Shown: piece by piece, positions 14,891-29,100 of the stretch | Layout: every line of letters begins with the position of its first letter | Position numbering within the stretch: position 1 is the first letter of the stretch | Assembly (NCBI RefSeq): GCF_902652985.1 | Contig: NC_047017.1 | Coordinates: forward strand, 25,234,001 to 25,298,000 | Length of the DNA stretch: 64,000 nucleotides | Reading direction: 5' to 3' | Origin: Pecten maximus | Taxonomy: Eukaryota | Notes under the pieces: generated by a model | Seen by the model: only the letters and a program-made list of their open reading frames with translations | What the model was told of the DNA's origin: nothing | Databases searched by the model: none | Program-made: the position numbers and the translations under genes

Positions 14891-17800
14891 CTAAAAGGCT
14901 GCCTTCAGGAAGTTGTTCATCAGCAAAGAAAAGATTACTATGGTTGATAGTCCGATCGATACCATGAACAAGAAAAAGAAGAATTTGTCCAAGATCCCAG
15001 CAATATCTTGCCAGGTGACATCCTCCACCTCGTCAAAGTCGTCGTCATTATCTGCTGAAACTTCAGCAACAGGCACCACTTTTTCGTTACTTTCGGGGTC
15101 ATTGTGCTTGATTGGCGTAGATTGGACATCGGGGATGATGGAAGAAGGACTGACGCTTCTCTTTCGACAACAGCAATGCCCTTTCCAGCAGACGACCTTA
15201 GCCACAATGTTGAAGATGAACATCTTAAGCCACATCGGAATGGGTTCCTTCTCATTGGAGCGGTGATGAAAATTCAGTACCAGGATGGTACAGACCACAG
15301 AGATTGAACCAAATACCAGGATCAACGCCAGATAAATTGCTGTAAATTAACGTATCAAAACAAGTAAGCAATAGCAATATTTGTCTGGTAAACATCCAGG
15401 TGTAAAATATGAATTTATACCATTATTGAAATTGTCATATTTGACATATTCTGTAATGATATACACTCCACTAGAAAGAACATACTGTGCTCTCACATTA
15501 ATGATAGTATTCAATGATTATATGTCGGAAATATTCGCTCTAAAACTGTAATTTCATCAGGTTCAATAAGCAAAAATCACGACAATTTTGAGGACGTATG
15601 CTGCTACATTGTCCAGTATTCATTGGCCAATCAAAAGTCTTGTTACATCGCGGAGGAATTTTGATTAGCCTTTTTTCGTCTCTATACTTTTTATGATATT
15701 ATCTATTCATTACTCATTTATGTGACGCCAACAGACTATCCATTAGTTTATAAAGCTATAAATAGATTGGTTACTAAGAAAAAGAGGCAGAAGAATAGTA
15801 AAATTACAGACAACCTTCCTTGTGATGCTGCACCACAAAAACTTCAGTTTGTGTAGAAGATATCTCATTGCTACCATTTAGAAGCTTCTCCTATTGAAAG
15901 GTTGCAAGTTGAACATTTAGCAATAAAAAAGAACATTATCAATCAGCTAGTGTATTTTTGCATATCAAACGTGACAACATATGGCCTAGTAAATGGACTG
16001 CAAGAATACTCACACAGGTAACAGACGGAAACAGAGGTGCTCGGGATGTTGTCGGAGATCAAAGTCAGGTACACGGCGTACGCCAGCAAAACGGTCAAAG
16101 AAAAGCCTATCTTCTCTCCTGAGTCGGGAGGCAACTTAAAAACCATTGCACTTAAGAACGCCATCAATGCAACTGGGAAGATTGTGTTCAGGAGATGAAA
16201 CAGTGGCTTGCGTCTCAGCACGATTGAGAATTTCACGTTCGAAAAAGTTTGTGATCCCCTCGTTTTGCTATTACCTTCTGCCTCTACAAAGGTGGAGACC
16301 AGATCCCACTCACCATTCTGACTGTAGGAAGTAATGTCAATGCCGTTACTGTGGTCAGTGTCATATTCGAGGTCAATCTCGTTGCTGGTGTATGCCCACG
16401 AGCTGACGGACAGTGTACATGTCTGGATATCCAAGGGATAGAAAGTAATGTCCGAGTCACAGGCCACAGTGTAAACACCTGCCGGGTTCCAGTGCAATGT
16501 GCCAGAGGATGCGATCCGGATAGGTATGTTTTTGTCACTCATAACTGTAAGTTCGTCCACTCTGCAAAGACATGATGTAGAACCTCGGATTAAGTAAACG
16601 CTTGGTATTTGTGTTGAATCCATCATATGTATTCATGTAGACGTACTTAAATGTTTAAAGATATTTACCAGCAAGAATAATATGGACTACAACTGTGTGT
16701 TATAGTAATGATAAGTTTAAGCATACTTATCCATGTTCCCGGGATGTGCTATCATCATAAAATGACGCATATAGATGTAGTACATTGTATATCTTAATAG
16801 AGTAAAATAGTTCGTCTTGACATTGAGATGTAATATATAATAAAGCTACCATATTTAAGAGATCGTGTACATACTGGTAATCTATCGGTAAATTCCTGGA
16901 TGGTTATAAACTGATTCATACTACAGTAAACGTTGGAAGGTTTGAAGGACGAACAGCTTCAGGATTTCTAAAGGAAATTCTTACAGTAAACCTTGGAAGA
17001 CTTGAGGAAGGACCAGGAGTTGGATACTTTATAGAAATGACTACAGTAAACCTTGGAAGGCTTGAAGAAGGACCAGGAGTTGGATACCTAATGGAAGTTC
17101 CTACAGTATAGCTTGGAAGGCTTGCGAAATGACCAGGAGTTGCATACTTTATAGAAGTTCCTACAATAAATCTTGGAAGGCGCTTAAATGATCTTGAGAT
17201 ATCTTGCAGAACTTTGCACAATAAACATTGAAAGGCTTGAAAAAGAATCCGGAATGTTTTGTAGAAGTTGTATGAAGGGAGTGAGCTATTAGCCACGAGG
17301 TGGTTTAAGGATGGAGATTTAAAGAGGGATTAGGTGGCTTTGAATGTTTAATAGAAGGAGAAGGCTGTCAGAAAATTATCGATAGCGAGTATCTAATGTA
17401 ATTTAACAGTTCGCTAGCCACAAATGTATTTTTCGCCTATCTATTGACATGATCATATCAATCGTATCGACCAACCTCTTTAGAACTCCAAAAATAGTAT
17501 TAGAAAGAGAGTTTTGATTCCACGAATAAAGTATTATATGAAGATAAGGAAAAACAACGATTGCTTAGGAATTCCTAAACAGTAAGTATGCTAGTTAATT
17601 AAACGAGTTATCAACAGTTTACCATGTCACTAAGAGATAATCATCATTATTTATTGTGAATGTTTACACTTCATTGGTGTTAACATTATGGTTTTTATCG
17701 CAATCTCGTTAAATCTCGTCACTAGACTGACAGACTAATTTATATTGAGTTGATATAGTCTGTACTGTTATTTTCTCTGATGTTTAACTATGTCGTTATT

Positions 17801-19873
17801 TATTTATTGCAAAGTGTTTCCTGTGGATTATCAATCTTGTTTAAAGTCTAATAATGGAATTTAATAGCATGTGAATAATACTTTCAGTTCTCAGAGGAGG
17901 TGACATGTGATCAACCCTGGTACACATCACCGTGGCAACATCATTGATATAACAGAGGTCAGAGGAGGTGACACGTGACTAACACTAGGACACATCATAA
18001 TATGTCATACTTGCGAGCGAACCTTTATTTTCTGCAAGGCTACCGATATTTGGCCTTGTAAATGACGTTAGATTATCTAAGGTTATTATAATTTTGGTTT
18101 TCAAAGTTAATCGTTTACACAAAAAAACACAAACGTCCCTTATCTTACCGATGATAGAAGGCCCCCATACGTTAAGTCTCTGTGTTTGTTTACAAATTTA
18201 CAAGGTACTCGTGCGTTGTCAAGTAAGAGAGAGGGCCTCCTTACTTATGTCTCCGTGTTTTTACTGGACAACATTTTAAAGTATTCATGCGTTGTCAGGA
18301 ATAAGAGAGAGCTTCCATACATAACTCTCCTTGTTTATACTAAATATCTTTACAATGTACTCACGCGTTATCAATTATGAGAGCGGGCCTCCATACATAG
18401 GTCTCCGTACTGAACAGGAATCTGATGTTGCCATAAGTTGTGTTTGATGCCCACGACAAACGTGCATCCATCCAGGACTGGAATGTCAAATGGTAAGATC
18501 ATCTCATTGAAAACATAACATTACCGATTAAACGAGAACAACTTTCAACAGATATAGCTGCACACCGACTAAATCTCGATAGATATGCAATATCGTCAAA
18601 TGCTAGGCTACCATTTTTTTCTTTTTGATTGTCAATATTTGCATTGATGTCAGCCAATCTGGGTTCGTGTTAGATACACTTGTAGCTTAATTGTGTTGAC
18701 ATAAAGCGATGGCTTTTGACTGGCGTCTGGACTTTTTGAATGGTAATTTAGGCAATCGTTAACTAAAAACGACAACAGAAAGGTAGGTTAACGTTTGTTA
18801 AAATATCAATCCCATCATTTACAGATTATCTCAGAAAAAAAACATGGAAAGAGAACATATAGAATATAAACTTCGATAAACTGGAGCTGTCCGGATTATT
18901 ACTTCATCACTCGTCATGGAAGTCGGGGAGAAAAACAGACGTCCTCGAATTAATCGCTATATTACTCAGTCAGTGTGAGGTGAAGGTCATTTCGCTAAAC
19001 TCTTCTTTTGTTATCAGACTATGAAACTAGCATCTACTTACCAACGTAAAGTAGGCGGTGATGGACAGAGCCTGGTCTTTGATATTCTGTAATCATAATA
19101 TTCACGTGAACATTAAAAGGTATAACATGTGATAAGCTCGTTACATGTGTAATGTCAAATGAAATATGTGTCTAAACATACTAGAGATAATCTATACTTA
19201 TTATTATTATCTGTTATTACTGGTTATATAATGAACCATTTGTGCAAGACATTTCCCAGAATAACAGTTGCGATCGTGTATTTAGAAACAAATAAAAACA
19301 CAGAAACAATTTTCTCACATGGCACCATTATAATTGGTATTTAGTTGTTGTAATCGTGCTAATAATCGCAACAAATGTCACTCTCCTGCTATCGTTTTGT
19401 TTTCCTGTTTTATAAACCAACTCCTTATTAGATATCGATCTCTTGTTATATACTATCCATTAAATCAAATTACATTATTTAATAACTCACCAGTTCGTTG
19501 ACAGTCAGTAGAGTGATGGACACTTTGACATGTACAGTATGAGATGGTCGTTGGAGTACCTCGTATTCAGAAAACAAACCAGTCCGAAGTTGTGACTCTA
19601 GCTCCGTGGAATAGTCCGGCGGAACGCCTGGAATCGTGGCCTGTACGGTGTAACATAGGACAACAACCCACACTGTAAGATAAATGGTTATATCAGAAAT
19701 AAGTGAATAGGGTCTTAAACAGGAATTGTACTAAAATGGGGAGTGTTACAGAATTCAATGTACAACAACAAAAAACCGACTCAGACTCACAAAGTTAGGA
19801 TTTGTGTTTGATTTAAAACATATGAACCACTTTATCATTATAAATTACCCAAATGCCTTTTTACTTGTACCAT
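14891..19873 (-). CDS. nAChR-like Cys-loop ligand-gated ion channel subunit, non-alpha type (paralog 2), about 453 aa
   Basis: Exons (minus): 19849-19873 (MVQVKRHL), 19491-19672, 19042-19086 (45 nt, [15 protein letters not shown]), 18365-18477 (SWMDARLSW...[10 protein letters not shown]), 16014-16561 ([46 protein letters not shown]), 14891-15339 (M3-M4). Same intron phases as paralog 1. Hydrophobic signal peptide. Confidence 0.92.
16921..17180. repeat. 60-bp tandem repeat (4 copies plus a partial) in an intron of paralog 2
   Basis: Units start CTACAGTAAACCTTGGAAGG-like at 16921, 16981, 17041, 17101 and 17161. Confidence 0.9.
18134..18410 (-). repeat. Degenerate 76-bp tandem duplication spanning the exon 18365-18477 donor junction of channel paralog 2
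   Basis: Related blocks start at 18357 (real junction), 18281, 18205 and about 18134. Confidence 0.8.
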
Positions 19874-21814
19874 AACTATGTACATTTATATGATCCTGTT
19901 CTGCATGTTGTTTGTACTTTTTACCCACAAATACCACAGGCACTTGCATAGAAAATGTGATTTTCAAAAATGTTTGATATGGCAGGGGTATGTGAACTCT
20001 GTAGAGTACTTAGAATTTCCACAGTACACATACCACTGCCATATCAACAAAATAAAATTCAATTTTCTATGCAAACGCCTGTGAAAAATACTGAACACGA
20101 CTGACTTCATATTATCACAATGATTAAACCAAGGAAATGTGATCAACGTTCGTGTCTACAATAAATACAATACCGTCAATAATATATGTATCATAAGCTG
20201 ATTAATGAACATAAAGCTGTAACCGTCGTCCTTCTAGGACTCATCAGTAATGTTATGGACAAAACATTTGGAAATCCAAATATTAAGTTAGGAATTTCAA
20301 ACCTGAATAGGCAAAAATAAAAAGGGATCGCACCGGAAACATGTAAACAGGCAGGTTTTGCTATGGACAGTCCGGAGAAAACTGTTTGGACATATTGTAA
20401 TATTTGATGAGAATATCCAAGATAACGCAGTAAAAATTAATGATCAGTTAAAAAGGGGAGAGGGGGAGATAACTCGTTCAAGTGTCGAGCTGTATACAAC
20501 AGTCAATAACTTGTACTGGGAAACCTTTACTTAGCACATTTGGAAATCTGGTACAGCCTACAGGTAAGTACATAAAGAGGTCAGAATTCTCGGCGTCACC
20601 ACGAGTTGTAGTCTTTTCTAGGCAAGTGAGAAATTGAAACTGGTACATGTACATGATGCACACTGCATCAGACATAAAGCATAGATTTTAATCCCGTGGC
20701 TATTTTTTTTTTTTTTTTTTTTTCATTATTTATTTCATTCTGTATATGCCGACAAGAAAGATTTACTAGGTTAGAAGAAATTATGTGAATAAGCAATTCC
20801 AGATGGTTAGGTTTTTTTTTTATAATGTGTCAAGATTTGAGAAATTGTTTTACAAATACCATTAACAAAATCTCATTAAAATGATAAGCGACATGTTAAA
20901 AACTAATCCATTAGGATATATTAATACTCACACGAACTGGCTATAAAATATGTGTATGTGCTGCTTTATATAGCATATATTTGAAATCAATTAAAGGTAT
21001 ACTTTATGTTTCTGCTAAAAATTACCAAACTCCATTAATGTGAATAAAAGCAACTGTTTTTATCAATTTTCAAGTAAATATTTCTAAGCGGTTGAGTGCG
21101 TGAAAGGTTCTCATAGCTATACAGCTCTGTAATCTTTTTACGTACATGTTTCTGTGTCTATACAATGTAAGTAAATCAGACCACAGTTGATACACTTTTC
21201 TGTCGCGAGCCAACAACATTTATTCAAGGAGCAATGTCGAATCCTATTTTCGCAAAGTGATATAAGATATAGAATATAACACCATATATCTTACATAGAA
21301 ATGTATTTGGATTCTATATAAGATGACTTATTTGTTATATTAGATATATCATATAATATATAAGATATTTTATACATCTGTATCTATGAGATGATTAATA
21401 TACTATACTTGTATGAGATATCTTGTATCTTATATACGATATGAGACATGCTTTTATATTAGACATCTTAAATAAGATATGAATATCTTATACCCTTGTC
21501 TATATTAGTAGCTCCCTATTTCGGTGAAATTTAGACTATAAACCCCACGTGTGATCTACATCACTACATATAGCTCGTTTTTAATAGTCTTAGGGTATTT
21601 TCACTCGCTTAAGCAAGTGTATTCAGTTTTCGTCTTTCATTATTAATTCATTTAACAAATGACAAAAAAAATGTGTAAATTATATTTTGAAATGTTTCCA
21701 TACTTTCTTAATATACAGTCAGGTTTAAAGCAAGCAATCAATTCGAACTAGTGTACCCGAGGGTCCATTACAGAAAGATTTACGGGCTTATTTTTCACAA
21801 TTTTATTTTTGTCT

Positions 21815-22440
21815 CTGCTTAGTTTAAACAATATTTATTTATATTCAAGACAAGTGTACATATACATTGCAAATTATACATTGGTGAGGGATTTAGAAAC
21901 AAGCTTAAAGCTTATATTAATCCATTTCCCTCTAAGGTTCGGCATATTGGTGATTAGTATGGTGGTACAAATACTGTTTCATAATAATAAACAGAAAATA
22001 ATTATTTTGAAAAAAAGGTAAATTATGGTGAAAAGTGATGAACAGTGATGGAATACAAATAAATCTATGTTATAGCAATCTAATTGGAGAATGAAATACT
22101 TGGATATATAATTATGTAAATTATTTATGTTAATTAATGATGTCGATGGGGATGTGGATAAATTACGATGAAGCTAAGTAGTTCATAAATATTTAGTCGA
22201 ACCTTTTGGAATGTAATATAAAATTATGTACAGCTTCAATTATTATTTCATTTTCTTCATTTGACAAGTCTGGGTTTCCTGATAATAGAATATCAGTATT
22301 CAGATCAAAATTTAAACTAAATACAAACTGATTACGCTGATTAATAAATTTTTCACACATGAATAAAAAGTGAAAATTATCCTCAATATATCCACATGAA
22401 CAGAAAGGGCTATCCGTTAGATGTCTGCTTGTTGTATGAA
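21815..22440 (-). mobile_element. 3' fragment of a LINE (C-terminal Cys/His motif plus 3'UTR)
   Basis: ORF 22193-22477 contains HLTDSPFCSCGYIEDNFHFLFMC...QRNQF...ILLSGN...FILHSKRF, typical of LINE ORF2 C-termini. Minus-strand AATAAATATTGTTTAAAC tail near 21822-21839. Confidence 0.7.
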
Positions 22441-25400
22441 TGTTGTGAGATTGGTTGTATGAAAGGACACAAAACAAAGAGTTTAATTCAGTTTGTAAAG
22501 ATTTGATATTATTTCTTCAAATCACAATGTGTTGTTTTTTTTAAATATATAAGATATATTTTTCAAAATATATAATATACATTTTTCAAAATATATAATA
22601 TATATTTTTAATCCATCTTTGTTTAAATGAGTAAGTCGAATGTTAGAGTTGGCAATGTTCTCGGCACACTCGATAAGCCGTGTTGTCTCTTTGCTGAGTA
22701 GTAATCCAATTACCGGTCAGGGCTCCAGAATGAATACATCACCGGACTGACCGCTGTCCACATTGACACGTAGACAGGTATACAATTAGGATTAATTACA
22801 CCCAAAAGTACTTTATCGCAGGTAAATAAAGCTGGAAGTGTGAGTAAATCTTTTTTGATATAAAGAAACATATGTCTTTAACTATTTACAATTGATGGCA
22901 TATCGCCTAGGGATGGTATTTAGACAACCAAACATTTACAAGCGGAGAGCGTCAGTCTTAATTATCAGTTAGACACAAGATGTATTTTTGGGAACAAATG
23001 TACTGCCTGTTACAATATATTGAAATGGTAGCGGCACGAGTAAACTGAAAGAGAGAATTATATCAAATTGTTACTTACGTAACCAACGCCCATGTACATA
23101 AACTATGAAATGGGTTGAGTAACAACAGGACTATATCGCCTATGGGACATGCACCATAACATTTGCTATATACTGTACATGTACATGTACAAATGTATAG
23201 AACAATAGCTATCAACGGGTCTATTAAAATAATTACTTTCCGTATTTCATGTTCCACAGGAATTCTTTTGATAATCACATTATCATATTCAAACCATACA
23301 CTTGATAATTAAAAATTAGGTTGTATTTGCTGTAGTATAAAATCTGACTTAGCTAAAGGCTAGCCTCCCAAAGGAACTCCTAACACAACAGATTGATTTA
23401 GTTACATTATATTTCTAAACTAAGAATAAAGACCAACTCATTTAAAATGTTAGAATAAGAATAAAAAAATATATAAGTAAGCATATAAAGCGACAATAAT
23501 TTATACTGGTGTAAATCAAATTATCAAAGAAAGGACAAGTCTCATACTTATATGACCATGATCCACATGTAGTCTGTACATATACTCTGTATGACAGCAA
23601 AGCAAGAGTATATAAATTGCCAAAATACATGCATCCATAGCATACTTGACATCAGAATTGTAATACTTTTATTAATTCTGCTATCTGTTGAATTTGGACA
23701 TTTGGGTATGTCTGTCTATATTTCCTGATTCAGAAATCCATATACAATGTACATACGTGAGTAAAAACCGTTTCACGAATACAGTTGACAAATTGAAAGG
23801 TAGTCTTAAAGATGACCTTTAAAATTGTGGATACTCCGTGCGTATTTCGAGAACTGTACGTAAATTGTCTTACTGTGTAGCGTCAAGTATTTTCATAGCG
23901 ATTGGCGCTTATACATTATTAATTAACACAATAAAGTTAAAGTATTTGTCGGAGAATAGGTCACTCTTCATCTTCTAGTCGACCTGGAGACATGTTTATG
24001 CTGATGCCGCGATGCGTTAACTGTTTTACTGGAAATATAAATCATTCACGTCTAAAGTACAGTAACCGGATTCTTAACTTAATCTTAACCGAGTTTATCA
24101 GGTACAAACATATCGAGGCGATCAGTCATACCGCTGATAGGACAAGATAACCTTTATCTATAATATATACGCCATTATTTTACATCTCTTTTGTCTTTAT
24201 TATTTTGTTCATAATAATTACGTGGAAAGACCAATTTTCTTAAACCTAAACTCAGAATTGTACAGCATCCCTTCTCCACTGGCAAACAGACCTGGGTCGA
24301 ATCCCCAACCCCACAGCCCTATGTGTGTATAGTAAGTATATACACGTACATGTCAATGTCTATATGGTAGAATATATCAATGCATCTGATTTTATGTTAT
24401 TATGGAATATACAGTATATTCCGGAATAAGAAAACGTTATGTACTCGGTAATTAGTTTTTCTACACACACATATACAAAACACACGTGTATACAATGTTA
24501 TAATTACTTGAATACAGACACTATTAAATACTGACCTTATAACATTAATTTGTCACTATACGATTGATGAAAGATGAGGAATCATAATTTGTACGTGTGT
24601 TTTATTTTATCTTTCTATTTATTTTTATTTTTTTTATTTTATTTTATATTTTTATTTATTATTTGAGGGGGGGGGGGGGGGCTATATAAGTGAAATTAAT
24701 TTATTGCCTCTGCTTATTCAGAAAGAATAAACAGATTTGTGCGAGAAGAAAGCTTAAAGTATTACAATCTCAATCTTAAACACATAGAAAACACAAATTT
24801 GAACGTGATTATTTAATCACCAGTTGTCGCCAGCAAAACGTTGTGACGGAAACCTGTTTATTATATATATATATATTATATATTCCTACTTTCTCTGTTT
24901 TCATAATTTAATTTCAATGTAATGCAGACAGTCAATCGTAAAACCAATTCATTGAACACAACTCGGAGATTACTGAACATATCGAAGTATGTTGGAGGGG
25001 ATAGTTCATGAAGTGGGTCTCAGACACCGTGCTATCTTACATGTACTTAATCTCCTCGCCATTGAACGAGCCTGTCTATTGGCAGATACTGATATATGTT
25101 TGTTAAACAGAAATTAAAAAAAAATGTAAAGGGAATCAGACTATTGACTATTTCGAATGAAAATAACCCTATAGGGGATACACCGGTTTAAATATCTTAT
25201 CCTTTTCACACTTATACTCCTCAATGGAGAACAATGGAGACACCTGTCAATAGACATGCTGGCTTAAAAGGCAAACATGTCACGTACCTATTTACCTATA
25301 TTTTCTTCACAATTTATCATACCTGTAATCGCGATGACGAAAATATAAATATATTCGCTAAATAAAACAGTTCAGGGAGAAAATGTCTTTATACTGGTCA

Positions 25401-26110
25401 CACTATACAATACACAACAGAATTCTACACAGTTTTATTCAGAAACGTCGGTTTAAACATGTATATATTTCCTCATCGTCGAGCCGCTCCGTAAAGGGAA
25501 ACTCTAAAATAGTACAACTTCATCTGAAGATATCTTTTATTTCCAATTTTAGAAGGAAAGAAACATAGACCAAAACAAGAATTCTTTAACAAACATATGT
25601 TGATATTTATATCCACCAAAGTCTCTTAAATTATTTATGACGTGTCAATCAAACGTTTCCAAGTGTATATATTCAAGGGAAACAACTCTTTCGCGACATG
25701 GGCTGGGAACGAAGGTGTCCGGATAATCGAAGGTCCACTGTATACGTACTGCACAAGATGTCGGAATATGCAGAGGACAGATTAGAAAGGAACCACTCTA
25801 TCATCATTTACTTGATGATGAACACGTACAAACATACATTATGTACAAACATACATGGCGTTATTGTAACTTATACCTAAGTCATTCCAGTTAACTTTTT
25901 CTACCTCAGGTTAAGGTGCGAGGTGACTATTCGATCCCTTTCTCAGCCCTCTGGTGTTCTACACTGTGTGATGGCCTTTCTGTACGTTGTTCAGTGAAGT
26001 TTGGGGAATTTTATTAACGTCCTATTAACAGCTAGGGTCATTTAAGTACGTGCCAGATTTTTCTAGAGAAATAATATGAAGAAAGCAAATTTAATAATTA
26101 ATGTTTGCGT

Positions 26111-26180
26111 ATCCATCCATCCATCCATCCATCCATCAATCCATCCATCCATCCATCCATCCATCAATTCATCCATCCAT
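26111..26180 (+). repeat. (ATCC)n microsatellite
   Basis: Direct inspection. Confidence 0.95.
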
Positions 26181-29100
26181 GAGGTCTATTTCCCCTATAA
26201 CGGCCTTATGGCCTTTCAGCTGACGAGAAAATAGAGGAAAATGAGAGAAGGGGTATAGATAGCACGGTAGTGTATATAGGTTTTTTTCATAAATTAAACA
26301 GCTGAGCCATTTTATTTTTCTTCTAAAATGGTAAATTAACACCCGATAATGGGAGAAATATAAATCTGATGTCTTTAAATAAAACCTTATCAAATAATTA
26401 TCACCTTCAGATATAGTCATCAAAGTTACTTTGGTGAAATATAATGTACAAAATATGCAACTTTTTCGCCACATATTATGTAGAGTTACTTCCCTTGAGT
26501 ATTTAGATCAGTCAGGTAGTTTGTTTTTTCTCAAAAATTAAGTGAAATCGACATAACGCCTAATTTACTTTATGCGTATACATTTTTTGTTTGTTTTTTG
26601 AGTATATAGTTATTTTTGCAAAAAAAGAATACTTGTAACGCATGTATTTTTAGTAAATTTAAATTGTATACCTATTAATAAATTAGTTTGAACTAATATA
26701 GTTGACTGGTTTAACTTTATTTGCACGTTGTTCAATTCTTTGGAAATAGGTCAATGCGACCTGTTATGACAATACTTTACATGTGAAACTTAAAAAATAA
26801 ATTATAAAACTTTAAAAAGTTATGATAATACTAACGCCGGTTCACTGCATGACAGGAAGCTTACTGTAGATGCGTTGTGTTCAAGATTTCATTTCAAAAG
26901 CACTGTACGTCTTTGCTGAGATAATAGTAGGATATTGCAAGTGTTCAATAAATTAGAAATTCGGGAACTACACGTATAAACTTGTAAGGAGGTTAATTGA
27001 ACATCGAGTTTAATTTAGATTGGTATTACATTAATACAGCAACAATTTTATACGCGGAAATTACCCTGCTTAAATAGAGCAATTAAAGTGACAGTATGTA
27101 TGGCAGATCTATCCGAAGTCCATTGATATTTTCATTTGATGGGGTTACTCGGATACTTCAAAAGGTTAACAGGCAACATGCCAAATTGATGTCCTAATTG
27201 TCCATTGACTCGCGACATTTCTAATTCCATAATAAAAATAATATCGTTCTCTCTATTAGAGTTACTTCCCTTAGATAGATTGTTAAAATTGATTTATTAC
27301 TTTAAAATATTAATTTAATTTGCAAAATATATCGATAAACATATTTTTCATTTTTCAAAAAAAACTATTTAAATTAAATTTTTATACTTTTATGAAAGCA
27401 TGATCATAAAAGTTCAATTACATTACGTTATATATATCTTTACACTAACTAAAGAGTATCTAATGTATACATATGTGACGAAAAGTCTATTGTTGGATTA
27501 AGAAGAAGTTGTTTTTGACTGGCAGGTCTAGACTTCGTGTCTATTTATACCTGCTAAATATATAAAAATCAAACAAGAGAACTGACCAAACTATCGAGTC
27601 GGTAAGGGATCTGTTAAAATACTGCGACAGCAGGAACTTACCTACCGAATATCGGTATATCGATTTGATAACTGAACAGTATTGGAACACGGATTTTACA
27701 TCAATGTATTTTGAAAGAATGAAAATGGCCCTGACTTTTTTTTTATTTAGATTATTTAGGTTATTTCAATATATCTTCAACAAGAAAGCATTCGTTATTG
27801 ACAATCTCTTCAAGAGCTATTTCCCTTAGGTGTATTTGAAAATGTTATTTTATAACGTTTTGTCAAATATGATTTTATAAACATTCGAAAGATATTCTGT
27901 AAAACTAATCTATTTGTCTTGGACATTTTTAGATTCACTAAAAATATCTATAAAATTATATAGATTCATATACGTAAGTTTTAAATTTACGCTTAGAACA
28001 AGAAAAAGGAACTTTTTGTTGGTGTTCTAGATTTAGAATCTAGCATTAAAAACGACTCAGTTCAAATTCACCATGTATAGAATATTTATATCGGCCTGTT
28101 GTATACATGTCTGGTGTGGAACAGCAGTTAAGTGTTGTCATGTACACCAAAACTTAGTGTCCCAGACAATCGGATGTTTCATTTATATCATTTAATGTAA
28201 ATAAAAAAATATGTTAAGGAAATGATAACCACCAAAGATCGATGTCAAAGTTATTCCGACACCTAACTTAATACAGGACCAATAACTCTCTGACATACAG
28301 GGAACAGAGACACTGTTAATCCTAAATATCAAAATAGTTACGTTAATCATTTATTTATAACCATCTACCGAAATAATAGAAATAAATACTTATGCAGGAG
28401 TAATTTCCCTTAGATATATTGATGAACTGTTGCGGACAAATTCGATATAACTTTTCTAAAAATTCTTTTGTCAGGTATCACTAAATAAACCTACTAAATA
28501 ATTTCAATTAGAAATAATGATTGAAAATCAATCAATCTACCTTTTTGACTTAAAGAAATATATTAATACATATAAATATATCACTGATATTTTTTTCTGC
28601 AATGTATCAACAAAAATCTTTTAACGTATGCAAGAGTTACTTCCCTTAGACATATCAAAAATGATATATATTATTGTCAACTATCTTTAAAATAATCAAT
28701 ATGGATAACACAATTTTTTTTCCATTTGTCAAGTAAAAATATGGTAATAAGAAATACAAATTTTACCAAAAATAATAATTTTAAAAAATTAGAAATTTAA
28801 CTTCTTGATCTAATAAAGCATATTAGTATATTTATACATGTCTATATTTCTATAATTGATGTTGTTAAAAATGAACTTAGAAGAAGTTATTTTTTGACAG
28901 CAGGTCTAGATTTCGTATCTAGTAGTACCTGCTTAACATAAACGAAATTAATCTGTTAGGAAAATAGACGGAAGTGGGTCCAGATTCTTCCAGGATGTTT
29001 ACAGTTGTAATTTAATCGATATTCAGATGTAAATAGCGGAAGTTTTCAGGAAAAATACTCATGTTGTATAAATGAATGAAAAATCCTTACAGTGATCAAT

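Noticed and set aside
14913-16575. Plus-strand and alternate-frame ORFs overlapping channel exons (also 38748-39209, 40280-40600, 53962-54222, 54943-55197, 61370-61609)
   Set aside because: Antisense or off-frame shadows of real exons, with no independent coding signal.
21255-21495. ATAAGATAT-rich quasi-palindromic block (similar block near 48110-48220)
   Set aside because: Low complexity; boundaries and TIR/TSD could not be established.
25714-25742. Tc1/pogo-like TIR end (reverse complement TACAGTGGACCTTCGATTATCCGGACACC)
   Set aside because: No partner TIR found, so an element cannot be delimited.
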